Position numbers and translations under genes: made by a program. From contig OZ024741.1 of the NCBI GenBank assembly GCA_964016885.1, positions 248,806,001 to 248,870,000 of the forward strand: a DNA stretch of 64,000 nucleotides. Reading direction: 5' to 3'. This document shows, in pieces, positions 41,301 to 56,000 of the stretch. The notes below the pieces were generated by a model. The model was not told the DNA's origin, searched no databases, and worked only from the letters and a program-made list of their open reading frames with translations. This stretch comes from Eledone cirrhosa (lineage: Eukaryota). Numbering within the stretch: position 1 is the stretch's first letter; each line of letters begins with the position of its first letter.

Positions 41301-44081
41301 AATCAGGGGGAGATAATTTGTAAAAAAATCAGGGGGAGATAATTTGTAAAAAAAAAATCAGGGGGAGATAATTTGTAAAAAAAATCAGGAGGAGATAATT
41401 TGTAAAAAAAATCAGGGGTAGATAATTTGTAAAAAAAATCAGGGGGAGATAATTTGTAAAAAAAAATCAGGGGGAGATAATTTGTAAAAAAAATCAGGGG
41501 TAGATAATTTTCAGCCGTCCAAGGGGAGATAATTTCCATCCTTCCAAGGGGAGATAATTTCCAGCCGTCCAAGGGGAGATAATTTCCCGCCAGCCAAGGA
41601 GAGATAACATTTAAAAAAATCAGGCGGAGATAATTTGTAAAAAAAATCAGGGGGAGATAATTTGTAAAAAAATCAGGGGGAGATAATTTGTAAAAAAAAT
41701 CAGGGGTAGATAATTTCCAGCCGTCCAAGGGGAGATAATTTCCATCCTTCCAAGGGGAGATAATTTCCAGCCGTCCAAGGGGAGATAATTTCCCGCCAGC
41801 CAAGGAGAGATAATATTTAAAAAAATCAGGCGGAGATAATTTGTAAAAAAAATCAGGGGGAGATAATTTGTAAAAAAATCAGGGGGAGATAATTTGTAAA
41901 AAAAAATCAGGGGGAGATAATTTGTAAAAAAAATCAGGGGGAGATAATTTGTAAAAAAAAATCAGGGGTAGATAATTTGTAAAAAAAAATCAGGGGGAGA
42001 TAATTTGTAAAAAAAAATCAGGGGGAGATAATTTGTAAAAAAATCAAGGGGAGATAATTTCCAGCCGTCCAAGGGGAGATAATTTTCAGCCGTCCAAGGA
42101 GAGGTAATTTCTAGCCGTCCAAGGGGAGATAATTTCCAGCCGTCCAAGGGGAGATAATTTTTGTAAAAAAATCAGGCGGAGATAATTTGTAAACAAAAAT
42201 CAGGGGGAGATAATTTGTAAAAAAAAATCAGGGGGAGGTAATTTGTAAAAAAAAATCAGGGGGAGATAATTTGTAAAAAAAATCAAGGGGAGATAATTTC
42301 CAGCCGTCCAAGGGGAGGTAATATCTAGCCATCCAAGGGGAGATAATTTCCAGCCGTCCAAGGGGAGATAATTTCCAGCCGTCCAAGGGGAGATAATATC
42401 CAGCCGTCCAAGGAGACATATTTTCCAGCCGTCCAAGGAGACGTAATTTCTAGCCGTCCAAGGGGAGATAAGTTCCAGCCTCCAAGGGGAGATAATTTCC
42501 AGCCAGCCAAGGGGAGATAATTTGTAAAAAAATTAGGGGGAGATAATTTGTAAAAAAAAATTAGGGGGAGATAATTTGTAAAAAAAAATCAGGGGGAGAT
42601 AATTTGTAAAAAAAAATCAGGGGGAGATAATTTGTAAAAAAAATCAAGGGGAGATAATTTCCAGCCAGCCAAGGGGAGATAATTTGTAAAAAAATTAGGG
42701 GGAGATAATTTGTAAAAAAAAAATTAGGGGGAGATAATTTGTAAAAAAAAATCAGGGGGAGATAATTTGTAAAAAAAAATCAGGGGGAGATAATTTGTAA
42801 AAAAAAATCAGGGGGAGATAATTTGTAAAAAAAAAATCAGGCGGAGATAATTTGTAAAAAAATCAAGGGGAGATAATTTCCAGTCGTCCAAGGGGAGATA
42901 ATTTTCAGCCGTCCAAGGAGAGGTAATTTCTAGCCGTCCAAGGGGAGATAATTTCCAGCCGTCCAAGGGGAGATAATTTTTTTAAAAAAATCAGGCGGAG
43001 ATAATTTGTAAACAAAAATCAGGGGGAGATAATTTGTAAAAAAAAATCAGGGGGAGATAATTTGTAAAAAAAATCAGGGGGAGATAATTTGTAAAAAAAA
43101 TCAAGGGGAGATAATTTGTAAAAAAAAATCAGGGGTAGATAATTTGTAAAAAAAAATCAGGGGGAGATAATTTGTAAAAAAAAAATCAGGGGAAGATAAT
43201 TTGTAAAAAAATGAAGGGGAGATAATTTCCAGCCGTCCAAGGGGAGATAATTTTCAGCCGTCCAAGGAGAGGTAATTTCTAGCCGTCCAAGGGCAGATAA
43301 TTTCCAGCCAGCCAAGGGGAGATAATTTGTAAAAAAATCAGGGGTAGATAATTTGTAAAAAAAAATCAGGGGGAGATAATTTGTAAAAAAAATCAGGGGG
43401 AGATAATTTGTAAAAAAAATCAGGGGTAGATAATTTCCAGCCGTCCAAGGGGAGATAATTTCCATCCTTCCAAGGGGAGATAATTTCCAGCCGTCCAAGG
43501 GGAGATAATTTCCCGCCAGCCAAGGAGAGATAACATTTAAAAAAATCAGGCGGAGATAATTTGTAAAAAAAATCAGGGGTAGATAATTTCCAGCCGTCCA
43601 AGGGGAGATAATTTCCATCCTTCCAAGGGGAGATAATTTCCAGCCGTCCAAGGGGAGATAATTTCCCGCCAGCCAAGGAGAGATAATATTTAAAAAAATC
43701 AGGCGGAGATAATTTGTAAAAAAAATCAGGGGGAGATAATTTGTAAAAAAATCAGGAGGAGATAATTTGTAAAAAAAAATCAGGGGAGATAATTTGTAAA
43801 AAAAATCAGGGGGAGATAATTTGTAAAAAAAAATCAGGGGTAGATAATTTGTAAAAAAAATCAGGGGGAGATAATTTGTAAAAAAAAAATCAGGGGGAGA
43901 TAATTTGTAAAAAAATCAAGGGGAGATAATTTCCAGCCGTCCAAGGGGAGATAATTTTCAGCCGTCCAAGGAGGTAATTTCTAGCCGTCCAAGGGGAGAT
44001 AATTTCCAGCCGTCCAAGGGGAGATAATTTTTTTAAAAAAATCAGGCGGAGATAATTTGTAAACAAAAATCAGGGGGAGAT

Positions 44082-47000
44082 AATTTGTAAAAAAAAATCA
44101 GGGGGAGATAATTTGTAAAAAAAAATCAGGGGGAGATAATTTGTAAAAAAAATCAAGGGGAGATAATTTCCAGCCGTCCAAGGTGAGGTAATATCTAGCC
44201 ATCCAAGGGGAGATAATTTCCAGCCGTCCAAGGGGAGATAATTTCCAGCCGTCCAAGGGGAGATAATATCCAGCCGTCCAAGGAGACATATTTTCCAGCC
44301 GTCCAAGGAGAGGTAATTTCTAGCCGTCCAAGGGGAGATAAGTTCCAGCCTCCAAGGGGAGATAATTTCCAGCCAGCCAAGGGGAGATAATTTGTAAAAA
44401 AATCAGGGGGAGATAATTTGTAAAAAAAAAATCAGCGGGAGATAATTTGTAAAAAAATCAGGGGGAGATAATTTGTAAAAAAAAAATCAGGGGGAGATAA
44501 TTTGTAAAAAAAATCAGGGGGAGATAATTTGTAGAAAAAATCAGGGGTAGATAATTTGTAAAAAAAATCAGGGGGAGATAATTTGTAAAAAAAATCAGGG
44601 GGAGATAATTTGTAAAAAAAATCAGGGGTAGATAATTTTCAGCCGTCCAAGGGGAGATAATTTCCATCCTTCCAAGGGGAGATAATTTCCAGCCGTCCAA
44701 GGGGAGATAATTTCCCGCCAGCCAAGGAGAGATAACATTTAAAAAAATCAGGCGGAGATAATTTGTAAAAAAAATCAGGGGGAGATAATTTGTAAAAAAA
44801 TCAGGGGGAGATAATTTGTAAAAAAAATCAGGGGTAGATAATTTCCAGCCGTCCAAGGGGGGATCATTTCCATCCTTCCAAGGGGAGATAATTTCCAGCC
44901 GTCCAAGGGGAGATAATTTCCCGCCAGCCAAGGAGAGATAATATTTAAAAAAATCAGGCGGAGATAATTTGTAAAAAAAATCAGGGGGAGATAATTTGTA
45001 AAAAAATCAGGGGGAGATAATTTGTAAAAAAAAATCAGGGGGAGATAATTTGTAAAAAAAATCAGGGGGAGATAATTTGTAAAAAAAATCAGGGGTAGAT
45101 AATTTGTAAAAAAAAATCAGGGGGAGATAATTTGTAAAAAAAAAATCAGGGGGAGATAATTTCCAGCCGTCCAAGGGGAGATAATTTTCAGCCGTCCAAG
45201 GAGAGGTAATTTCTAGCCGTCCAAGGGGAGATAATTTCCAGCCGTCCAAGGGGAGATAATTTTTTTTAAAAAATCAGGCGGAGATAATTTGTAAACAAAA
45301 ATCAGGGGGAGATAATTTGTAAAAAAAAATCAGGGGGAGATAATTTGTAAAAAAAAATCAGGGGGAGATAATTTGTAAAAAAAATCAAGGGGAGATAATT
45401 TCCAGCCGTCCAAGGGGAGGTAATATCTAGCCATCCAAGGGGAGATAATTTCCAGCCGTCCAAGGGGAGATAATTTCCAGCCGTCCAAGGGGAGATAATA
45501 TCCAGCCGTCCAAGGGGACATATTTTCCAGCCGTCCAAGGAGAGGTAATTTCTAGCCGTCCAAGGGGAGATAAGTTCCAGCCTCCAAGGGGAGATAATTT
45601 CCAGCCAGCCAAGGGGAGATAATTTGTAAAAAAATCAGGGGGAGATAATTTGTAAAAAAAAAATCAGGGGGAGATAATTTGTAAAAAAATCAGGGGGAGA
45701 TAATTTGTAAAAAAAAAATCAGGGGGAGATAATTTGTAAAAAAAATCAGGGGGAGATAATTTGTAAAAAAAATCAGGGGTAGATAATTTTCAGCCGTCCA
45801 AGGGGAGATAATTTCCATCCTTCCAAGGGGAGATAATTTCCAGCCGTCCAAGGGGAGATAATTTCCCGCCAGCCTAGGAGAGATAACATTTTAAAAAATC
45901 AGGCGGAGATAATTTGTAAAAAAAATCAGGGGGAGATAATTTGTAAAAAAATCAGGGGGAGATAATTTGTAAAAAAAATCAGGGGTAGATAATTTCCAGC
46001 CGTCCAAGGGGAGATAATTTCCATCCTTCCAAGGGGAGATAATTTCCAGCCGTCCAAGGGGAGATAATTTCCCGCCAGCCAAGGAGAGATAATATTTAAA
46101 AAAATCAGGCGGAGATAATTTGTAAAAAAAATCAGGGGGAGATAATTTGTAAAAAAATCAGGGGGAGATAATTTGTAAAAAAAAATCAGGGGGAGATAAT
46201 TTGTAAAAAAAATCAGGGGGAGATAATTTGTAAAAAAAAATCAGGGGTAGATAATTTGTAAAAAAAAATCAGGGGGAGATAATTTGTAAAAAAAAATCAG
46301 GGGGAGATAATTTGTAAAAAAATCAAGGGGAGATAATTTCCAGCCGTCCAAGGGGAGATAATTTTCAGCCGTCCAAGGAGAGGTAATTTCTAGCCGTCCA
46401 AGGGGAGATAATTTCCAGCCGTCCAAGGGGAGATAATTTTTTTTAAAAAATCAGGCGGAGATAATTTGTAAACAAAAATCAGGGGGAGAGAATTTGTAAA
46501 AAAAAATCAGGGGGAGATAATTTGTAAAAAAAATCAGGGGGAGGTAATTTGTAAAAAAAATCAAGGGGAGATAATTTCCAGCCGTCCAAGGGGAGATAAT
46601 TTCCAGCCGTCTAAGGGGAGATAATATCCAGCCGTCCAAGGAGACATATTTTCCAGCCGTCCAAGGAGACGTAATTTCTAGCCGTCCAAGGGGAGATAAG
46701 TTCCAGCCTCCAAGGGGAGATAATTTCCAGCCAGCCAAGGGGAGATAATTTGTAAAAAAATTAGGGGGAGATAATTTGTAAAAAAAAATTAGGGGGAGAT
46801 AATTTGTAAAAAAAAATCAGGTGGAGATAATTTGTAAAAAAAAATCAGGGGGAGATAATTTCCAGCCGTCCAAGGGGAGATAATTTTCAGCCGTCCAAGG
46901 AGAGGTAAATTGTAGCCGTCCAAGGAGATATAATTTCCAGCCGTCCAAGGGGAGATAATTTCCAGCCGTCCAAGGGGAGATAATTTTTAAAAAAAAATCA

Positions 47001-50000
47001 GGCGGATATAATTTGTAAACAAAAATCAGGGGGAGATAATTTTTAAAAAAAAATCAGGGGGAGATAATTTGTAAAAAAAAATCAGGGGGAGATAATCTGT
47101 AAAAAAAATCAAGGGGAGATAATTTCCAGCCGTCCAAGGGGAGGTAATATCTAGCCATCCAAGGGGAGATAATTTCCAGCCGTCCAAGGGGAGATAATTT
47201 CCAGCCGTCCAAGGGGAGATAATATCCAGCCGTCCAAGGAGACATATTTTCCAGCCGTCCAAGGAGAGGTAATTTCTAGCCGTCCAAGGGGAGATAAGTT
47301 CCAGCCTCCAAGGGGAGATAATTTCCAGCCAGCCAAGGGGAGATAATTTGTAAAAAAATCAGGGGGGAGATAATTTGTAAAAAAAATCAGGGGGAGATAA
47401 TTTGAAAAAAAAATCAGGGGGAGATAATTTGTAAAAAATATCAAGGGGAGATAATTTCCAGCCCTCCAAGGGGCTATAATTTCCAGCCGTGCAAGGGGAG
47501 ATAATTTCCAGCCGTCCAAGGGGAGATAATTTCCATCCTTCCAAGGGGAGATAATTTCCAGCCGTCCAAGGGGAGATAATTTCCCGCCAGCCAAGGGAAG
47601 ATAATTTTTTAAAAAATCAGGCGGAGATTGTAAAAAAAATCAGGGGGAGATAATTTGTAAAAAAATCAGGGGGAGATAATTTGTAAAAAAAAAATCAGGG
47701 GGAGATAATTTGTAAAAAAAAATCAGGGGAAGATAATTTGTAAAAAAAATCAGGGGTGATAATTTGTAAAAAAAATCAGGGGTAGATAATTTGTAAAAAA
47801 AATCAGGGGGAGATAATTTGTAAAAAAAATCAGGGGTAGATAATTTTCAGCCGTCCAAGGGGAGATAATTTCCATCCTTCCAAGGGGAGATAATTTCCAG
47901 CCGTCCAAGGGGAGATAATTTCCCGCCAGCCAAGGAGAGATAACATTTAAAAAAATCAGGCGGAGATAATTTGTAAAAAAATCAGGGGGAGATAATTTGT
48001 AAAAAAAATCAGGGGTAGATAATTTTCAGCCGTCCAAGGGGAGATAATTTCCATCCTTCCAAGGGGAGATAATTTCCAGCCGTCCAAGGGGAGATAATTT
48101 CCCGCCAGCCAAGGAGAGATAACATTTAAAAAAATCAGGGGGAGATAATTTGTAAAAAAAAATCAGGGGGAGATAATTCGTAAAAAAAAATCAGGGGAAG
48201 ATAATTTGTAAAAAAAAATCAGGGGTAGATAATTTGTAAAAAAATCAAGGGGAGATAATTTCCAGCCGTCCAAGGGGAGATAATTTTCAGCCGTCCAAGG
48301 AGAGGTAATTTCTAGCCGTCCAAGGGGAGATAATTTCCAGCCGTCCAAGGGGAGATAATTTTTTTAAAAAAATCAGGCGGAGATAATTTGTAAACAAAAA
48401 TCAGGGGGAGATAATTTGTAAAAAAAAATCAGGGGGAGATAATTTGTAAAAAAAAATCAGGGGGAGATAATTTGTAAAAAAAATCAAGGGCAGATAATTT
48501 GTAAAAAAAAATCAGGGGTAGATAATTTGTAAAAAAAAATCAGGGGGAGATAATTTGTAAAAAAAAATCAAGGGGAGATAATTTGTAAAAAAATCAAGGG
48601 GAGATAATTTCCAGCCGTCCAAGGGGAGATAATTTTCAGCCGTCCAAGGAGAGGTAATTTCTAGCCGTCCAAGGGGAGATAATTTCCAGCCAGCCAAGGG
48701 GAGATAATTTGTAAAAAAATCAGGGGTAGATAATTTGTAAAAAAAAATCAGGGGGAGATAATTTGTAAAAAAAATCAGGGGGAGATAATTTGTAAAAAAA
48801 ATCAGGGGGAGATAATTTGTAAAAAAAATCAGGGGTAGATAATTTTCAGCCGTCCAAGGGGAGATAATTTCCATCCTTCCAAGGGGAGATAATTTCCAGC
48901 CGTCCAAGGGGAGATAATTTCCCGCCAGCCAAGGAGAGATAACATTTAAAAAAATCAGGCGGAGATAATTTGTAAAAAAAATCAGGGGGAGATAATTTGT
49001 AAAAAAATCAGGGGGAGATAATTTGTAAAGAAAATCAGGGGTAGATAATTTCCAGCCGTCCAAGGGGAGATAATTTCCATCCTTCCAAGGGGAGATAATT
49101 TCCAGCCGTCCAAGGGGAGATAATTTCCCGCCAGCCAAGGAGAGATAATATTTAAAAAAATCAGGCGGAGATAATTTGTAAAAAAAATCAGGGGGAGATA
49201 ATTTGTAAAAAAATCAGGGGGAGATAATTTGTAAAAAAAAATCAGGGGGAGATAATTTGTAAAAAAAATCAGGGGGAGATAATTTGTAAAAAAAATCAGG
49301 GGTAGATAATTTGTAAAAAAAAATCAGAGGGAGATAATTTGTAAAAAAAAAATCAGGGGGAGATAATTTGTAAAAAAATCAAGGGGAGATAATTTCCAGC
49401 CGTCCAAGGGGAGATAATTTTCAGCCGTCCAAGGAGAGGTAATTTCTAGCCGTCCAAGGGGAGATAATTTCCAGCCGTCCAAGGGGAGATAATTTTTTAA
49501 AAAAAATCAGGCGGAGATAATTTGTAAACAAAAATCAGGGGGAGATAATTTGTAAAAAAAAATCAGGGGGAGATAATTTGTAAAAAAAAATCAGGGGGAG
49601 ATAATTTGTAAAAAAAATCAAGGGGAGATAATTTCCAGCCGTCCAAGGGGAGGTAATATCTAGCCATCCAAGGGGAGATAATTTCCAGCCGTCCAAGGGG
49701 AGATAATTTCCAGCCGTCCAAGGGGAGATAATATCCAGCCGTCCAAGGAGACATATTTTCCAGCCGACCAAGGAGAGGTAATTTCTAGCCGTCCAAGGGG
49801 AGATAAGTTCCAGCCTCCAAGGGGAGATAATTTCCAGCCAGCCAAGGGGAGATAATTTGTAAAAAAATCAGGGGGAGATAATTTGTAAAAAAAAAATCAG
49901 GGGGAGATAATTTGTAAAAAAATCAGGGGGAGATAATTTGTAAAAAAAAAATCAGGGGGAGATAATTTGTAAAAAAAATCAGGGGGAGATAATTTGTAAA

Positions 50001-53000
50001 AAAAATCAGGGGTAGATAATTTGTAAAAAAAATCAGGGGGAGATAATTTGTAAAAAAAATCAGGGGGAGATAATTTGTAAAAAAAATCAGGGGTAGATAA
50101 TTTTCAGCCGTCCAAGGGGAGATAATTTCCATCCTTCCAAGGGGAGATAATTTCCAGCCGTCCAAGGGGAGATAATTTCCCGCCAGCCAAGGAGAGATAA
50201 CATTTAAAAAAATCAGGCGGAGATAATTTGTAAAAAAAATCAGGGGGAGATAATTTGTAAAAAAATCAGGGGGAGATAATTTGTAAAAAAAATCAGGGGT
50301 AGATAATTTCCAGCCGTCCAAGGGGAGATAATTTCCATCCTTCCAAGGGGAGATAATTTCCAGCCGTCCAAGGGGAGATAATTTCCCGCCAGCCAAGGAG
50401 AGATAATATTTAAAAAAATCAGGCGGAGATAATTTGTAAAAAAAATCAGGGGGAGATAATTTGTAAAAAAATCAGGGGGAGATAATTTGTAAAAAAAAAT
50501 CAGGGGGAGATAATTTGTAAAAAAAATCAGGGGGAGATAATTTGTAAAAAAAAATCAGGGGTAGATAATTTGTAAAAAAAAATCAGGGGGAGATAATTTG
50601 TAAAAAAAAATCAGGGGGAGATAATTTGTAAAAAAATCAAGGGGAGATAATTTCCAGCCGTCCAAGGGGAGATAATTTTCAGCCGTCCAAGGAGAGGTAA
50701 TTTCTAGCCGTCCAAGGGGAGATAATTTCCAGCCGTCCAAGGGGAGATAATTTTTTTAAAAAAATCAGGCGGAGATAATTTGTAAACAAAAATCAGGGGG
50801 AGAGAATTTGTAAAAAAAAATGAGGGGGAGATAATTTGTAAAAAAAAATCAGGGGGAGATAATTTGTAAAAAAAATCAAGGGGAGATAATTTCCAGCCGT
50901 CCAAGGGGAGGTAATATCTAGCCATCCAAGGGGAGATAATTTCCAGCCGTCCAAGGGGAGATAATTTCCAGCCGTCCAAGGGGAGATAATATCCAGCCGT
51001 CCAAGGAGACATATTTTCCAGCCGTCCAAGGAGACGTAATTTCTAGCCGTCCAAGGGGAGATAAGTTCCAGCCTCCAAGGGGAGATAATTTCCAGCCAGC
51101 CAAAGGGAGATAATTTGTAAAAAAATTAGGGGGAGATAATTTGTAAAAAAAAATTAGGGGGAGATAATTTGTAAAAAAAAATCAGGGGGAGATAATTTGT
51201 AAAAAAAAATCAGGGGGAGATAATTTGTAAAAAAAATCAAGGGGAGATAATTTCCAGCCGTCCAAGGGGAGATAATTTTCAGCCGTCCAAGGAGAGGTAA
51301 ATTGTAGCCGTCCAAGGAGATATAATTTCCAGCCGTCCAAGGGGAGATAATTTCCAGCCGTCCAAGGGGAGATAATTTTTTTAAAAAAATCAGGCGGAGA
51401 TAATTTGTAAACAAAAATCAGGGGGAGATAATTTTTAAAAAAAAATCAGGGGGAGATAATTTGTAAAAAAAAATCAGGGGGAGATAATTTGTAAAAAAAA
51501 TCAAGGGGAGATAATTTCCAGCCGTCCAAGGGGAGGTAATATCTAGCCATCCAAGGGGAGATAATTTCCAGCCGTCCAAGGGGAGATAATTTCCAGCCGT
51601 CCAAGGGGAGATAATATCCAGCCGTCCAAGGAGACATATTTTCCAGCCGTCCAAGGAGAGGTAATTTCTAGCCGTCCAAGGGGAGATAAGTTCCAGCCTC
51701 CAAGGGGAGATAATTTCCAGCCAGCCAAGGGGAGATAATTTGTAAAAAAATCAGGGGGGAGATAATTTGTAAAAAAAATCAGGGGGAGATAATTTGAAAA
51801 AAAAATCAGGGGGAGATAATTTGTAAAAAATATCAAGGGGAGATAATTTCCAGCCCTCCAAGGGGCTATAATTTCCAGCCGTGCAAGGGGAGATAATTTC
51901 CAGCCGTCCAAGGGGAGATAATTTCCATCCTTCCAAGGGGAGATAATTTCTAGCCGTCCAAGGGGAGATAATTTCCCGCCAGCCAAGGGAAGATAATTTT
52001 TTAAAAAATCAGGCGGAGATTGTAAAAAAAATCAGGGGGAGATAATTTGTAAAAAAATCAGGGGGAGATAATTTGTAAAAAAAAAATCAGGGGGAGATAA
52101 TTTGTAAAAAAAAATCAGGGGGAGATAATTTGTAAAAAAAATCAGGGGTGATAATTTGTAAAAAAAATCAGGGGTAGATAATTTGTAAAAAAAATCAGGG
52201 GGAGATAATTTGTAAAAAAAATCAGGGGGAGATAATTTGTAAAAAAATCAGGGGGAGATAATTTGTAAAAAAAAAATCAGGGGGAGATAATTTGTAAAAA
52301 AAATCAGGGGGAGATAATTTGTAAAAAAAATCAGGGGTAGATAATTTGTAAAAAAAATCAGGGGGAGATAATTTGTAAATAAAATCAGGGGGAGATAATT
52401 TGTAAAAAAAATCAGGGGTAGATAATTTTCAGCCGTCCAAGGGGAGATAATTTCCATCCTTCCAAGGGGAGATAATTTCCAGCCGTCCAAGGGGAGATAA
52501 TTTCCCGCCAGCCAAGGAGAGATAATATTTAAAAAAATCAGGCGGAGATAATTTGTAAAAAAAATCAGGGGGAGATAATTTGTAAAAAAATCAGGGGGAG
52601 ATAATTTGTAAAAAAAAATCAGGGGGAGATAATTTGTAAAAAAAATCAGGGGGAGATAATTTGTAAAAAAAAATCAGGGGTAGATAATTTGTAAAAAAAA
52701 ATCAGGGGGAGATAATTTGTAAAAAAAAATCAGGGGGAGATAATTTGTAAAAAAATCAAGGGGAGATAATTTCCAGCCGTCCAAGGGGAGATAATTTTCA
52801 GCCGTCCAAGGAGAGGTAATTTCTAGCCGTCCAAGGGGAGATAATTTCCAGCCGTCCAAGGGGAGATAATTTTTTAAAAAAAATCAGGCGGAGATAATTT
52901 GTAAACAAAAATCAGGGGGAGAGAATTTGTAAAAAAAAATCAGGGGGAGATAATTTGTAAAAAAAAATCAGGGGGAGATAATTTGTAAAAAAAATCAAGG

Positions 53001-56000
53001 GGAGATAATTTCCAGCCGTCCAAGGTGAGGTAATATCTAGCCATCCAAGGGGAGATAATTTCCAGCCGTCCAAGGGGAGATAATTTCCAGCCGTCCAAGG
53101 GGAGATAATATCCAGCCGTCCAAGGAGACATATTTTCCAGCCGTCCAAGGAGAGGTAATTTCTAGCCGTCCAAGGGGAGATAAGTTCCAGCCTCCAAGGG
53201 GAGATAATTTCCAGCCAGCCAAGGGGAGATAATTTGTAAAAAAATCAGGGGGAGATAATTTGTAAAAAAAAAATCAGCGGGAGATAATTTGTAAAAAAAT
53301 CAGGGGGAGATAATTTGTAAAAAAAAAATCAGGGGGAGATAATTTGTAAAAAAAATCAGGGGGAGATAATTTGTAGAAAAAATCAGGGGTAGATAATTTG
53401 TAAAAAAAATCAGGGGGAGATAATTTGTAAAAAAAATCAGGGGGAGATAATTTGTAAAAAAAATCAGGGGTAGATAATTTTCAGCCGTCCAAGGGGAGAT
53501 AATTTCCATCCTTCCAAGGGGAGATAATTTCCAGCCGTCCAAGGGGAGATAATTTCCCGCCAGCCAAGGAGAGATAACATTTAAAAAAATCAGGCGGAGA
53601 TAATTTGTAAAAAAAATCAGGGGGAGATAATTTGTAAAAAAATCAGGGGGAGATAATTTGTAAAAAAAATCAGGGGTAGATAATTTCCAGCCGTCCAAGG
53701 GGGGATCATTTCCATCCTTCCAAGGGGAGATAATTTCCAGCCGTCCAAGGGGAGATAATTTCCCGCCAGCCAAGGAGAGATAATATTTAAAAAAATCAGG
53801 CGGAGATAATTTGTAAAAAAAATCAGGGGGAGATAATTTGTAAAAAAATCAGGGGGAGATAATTTGTAAAAAAAAATCAGGGGGAGATAATTTGTAAAAA
53901 AAATCAGGGGGAGATAATTTGTAAAAAAAATCAGGGGTAGATAATTTGTAAAAAAAAATCAGGGGGAGATAATTTGTAAAAAAAAAATCAGGGGGAGATA
54001 ATTTCCAGCCGTCCAAGGGGAGATAATTTTCAGCCGTCCAAGGAGAGGTAATTTCTAGCCGTCCAAGGGGAGATAATTTCCAGCCGTCCAAGGGGAGATA
54101 ATTTTTTTTAAAAAATCAGGCGGAGATAATTTGTAAACAAAAATCAGGGGGAGATAATTTGTAAAAAAAAATCAGGGGGAGATAATTTGTAAAAAAAAAT
54201 CAGGGGGAGATAATTTGTAAAAAAAATCAAGGGGAGATAATTTCCAGCCGTCCAAGGGGAGGTAATATCTAGCCATCCAAGGGGAGATAATTTCCAGCCG
54301 TCCAAGGGGAGATAATTTCCAGCCGTCCAAGGGGAGATAATATCCAGCCGTCCAAGGGGACATATTTTCCAGCCGTCCAAGGAGAGGTAATTTCTAGCCG
54401 TCCAAGGGGAGATAAGTTCCAGCCTCCAAGGGGAGATAATTTCCAGCCAGCCAAGGGGAGATAATTTGTAAAAAAATCAGGGGGAGATAATTTGTAAAAA
54501 AAAAATCAGGGGGAGATAATTTGTAAAAAAATCAGGGGGAGATAATTTGTAAAAAAAAAATCAGGGGGAGATAATTTGTAAAAAAAATCAGGGGGAGATA
54601 ATTTGTAAAAAAAATCAGGGGTAGATAATTTTCAGCCGTCCAAGGGGAGATAATTTCCATCCTTCCAAGGGGAGATAATTTCCAGCCGTCCAAGGGGAGA
54701 TAATTTCCCGCCAGCCTAGGAGAGATAACATTTTAAAAAATCAGGCGGAGATAATTTGTAAAAAAAATCAGGGGGAGATAATTTGTAAAAAAATCAGGGG
54801 GAGATAATTTGTAAAAAAAATCAGGGGTAGATAATTTCCAGCCGTCCAAGGGGAGATAATTTCCATCCTTCCAAGGGGAGATAATTTCCAGCCGTCCAAG
54901 GGGAGATAATTTCCCGCCAGCCAAGGAGAGATAATATTTAAAAAAATCAGGCGGAGATAATTTGTAAAAAAAATCAGGGGGAGATAATTTGTAAAAAAAT
55001 CAGGGGGAGATAATTTGTAAAAAAAAATCAGGGGGAGATAATTTGTAAAAAAAATCAGGGGGAGATAATTTGTAAAAAAAAATCAGGGGTAGATAATTTG
55101 TAAAAAAAAATCAGGGGGAGATAATTTGTAAAAAAAAATCAGGGGGAGATAATTTGTAAAAAAATCAAGGGGAGATAATTTCCAGCCGTCCAAGGGGAGA
55201 TAATTTTCAGCCGTCCAAGGAGAGGTAATTTCTAGCCGTCCAAGGGGAGATAATTTCCAGCCGTCCAAGGGGAGATAATTTTTTTTAAAAAATCAGGCGG
55301 AGATAATTTGTAAACAAAAATCAGGGGGAGAGAATTTGTAAAAAAAAATCAGGGGGAGATAATTTGTAAAAAAAATCAGGGGGAGGTAATTTGTAAAAAA
55401 AATCAAGGGGAGATAATTTCCAGCCGTCCAAGGGGAGATAATTTCCAGCCGTCTAAGGGGAGATAATATCCAGCCGTCCAAGGAGACATATTTTCCAGCC
55501 GTCCAAGGAGACGTAATTTCTAGCCGTCCAAGGGGAGATAAGTTCCAGCCTCCAAGGGGAGATAATTTCCAGCCAGCCAAGGGGAGATAATTTGTAAAAA
55601 AATTAGGGGGAGATAATTTGTAAAAAAAAATTAGGGGGAGATAATTTGTAAAAAAAAATCAGGTGGAGATAATTTGTAAAAAAAAATCAGGGGGAGATAA
55701 TTTCCAGCCGTCCAAGGGGAGATAATTTTCAGCCGTCCAAGGAGAGGTAAATTGTAGCCGTCCAAGGAGATATAATTTCCAGCCGTCCAAGGGGAGATAA
55801 TTTCCAGCCGTCCAAGGGGAGATAATTTTTAAAAAAAAATCAGGCGGATATAATTTGTAAACAAAAATCAGGGGGAGATAATTTTTAAAAAAAAATCAGG
55901 GGGAGATAATTTGTAAAAAAAAATCAGGGGGAGATAATCTGTAAAAAAAATCAAGGGGAGATAATTTCCAGCCGTCCAAGGGGAGGTAATATCTAGCCAT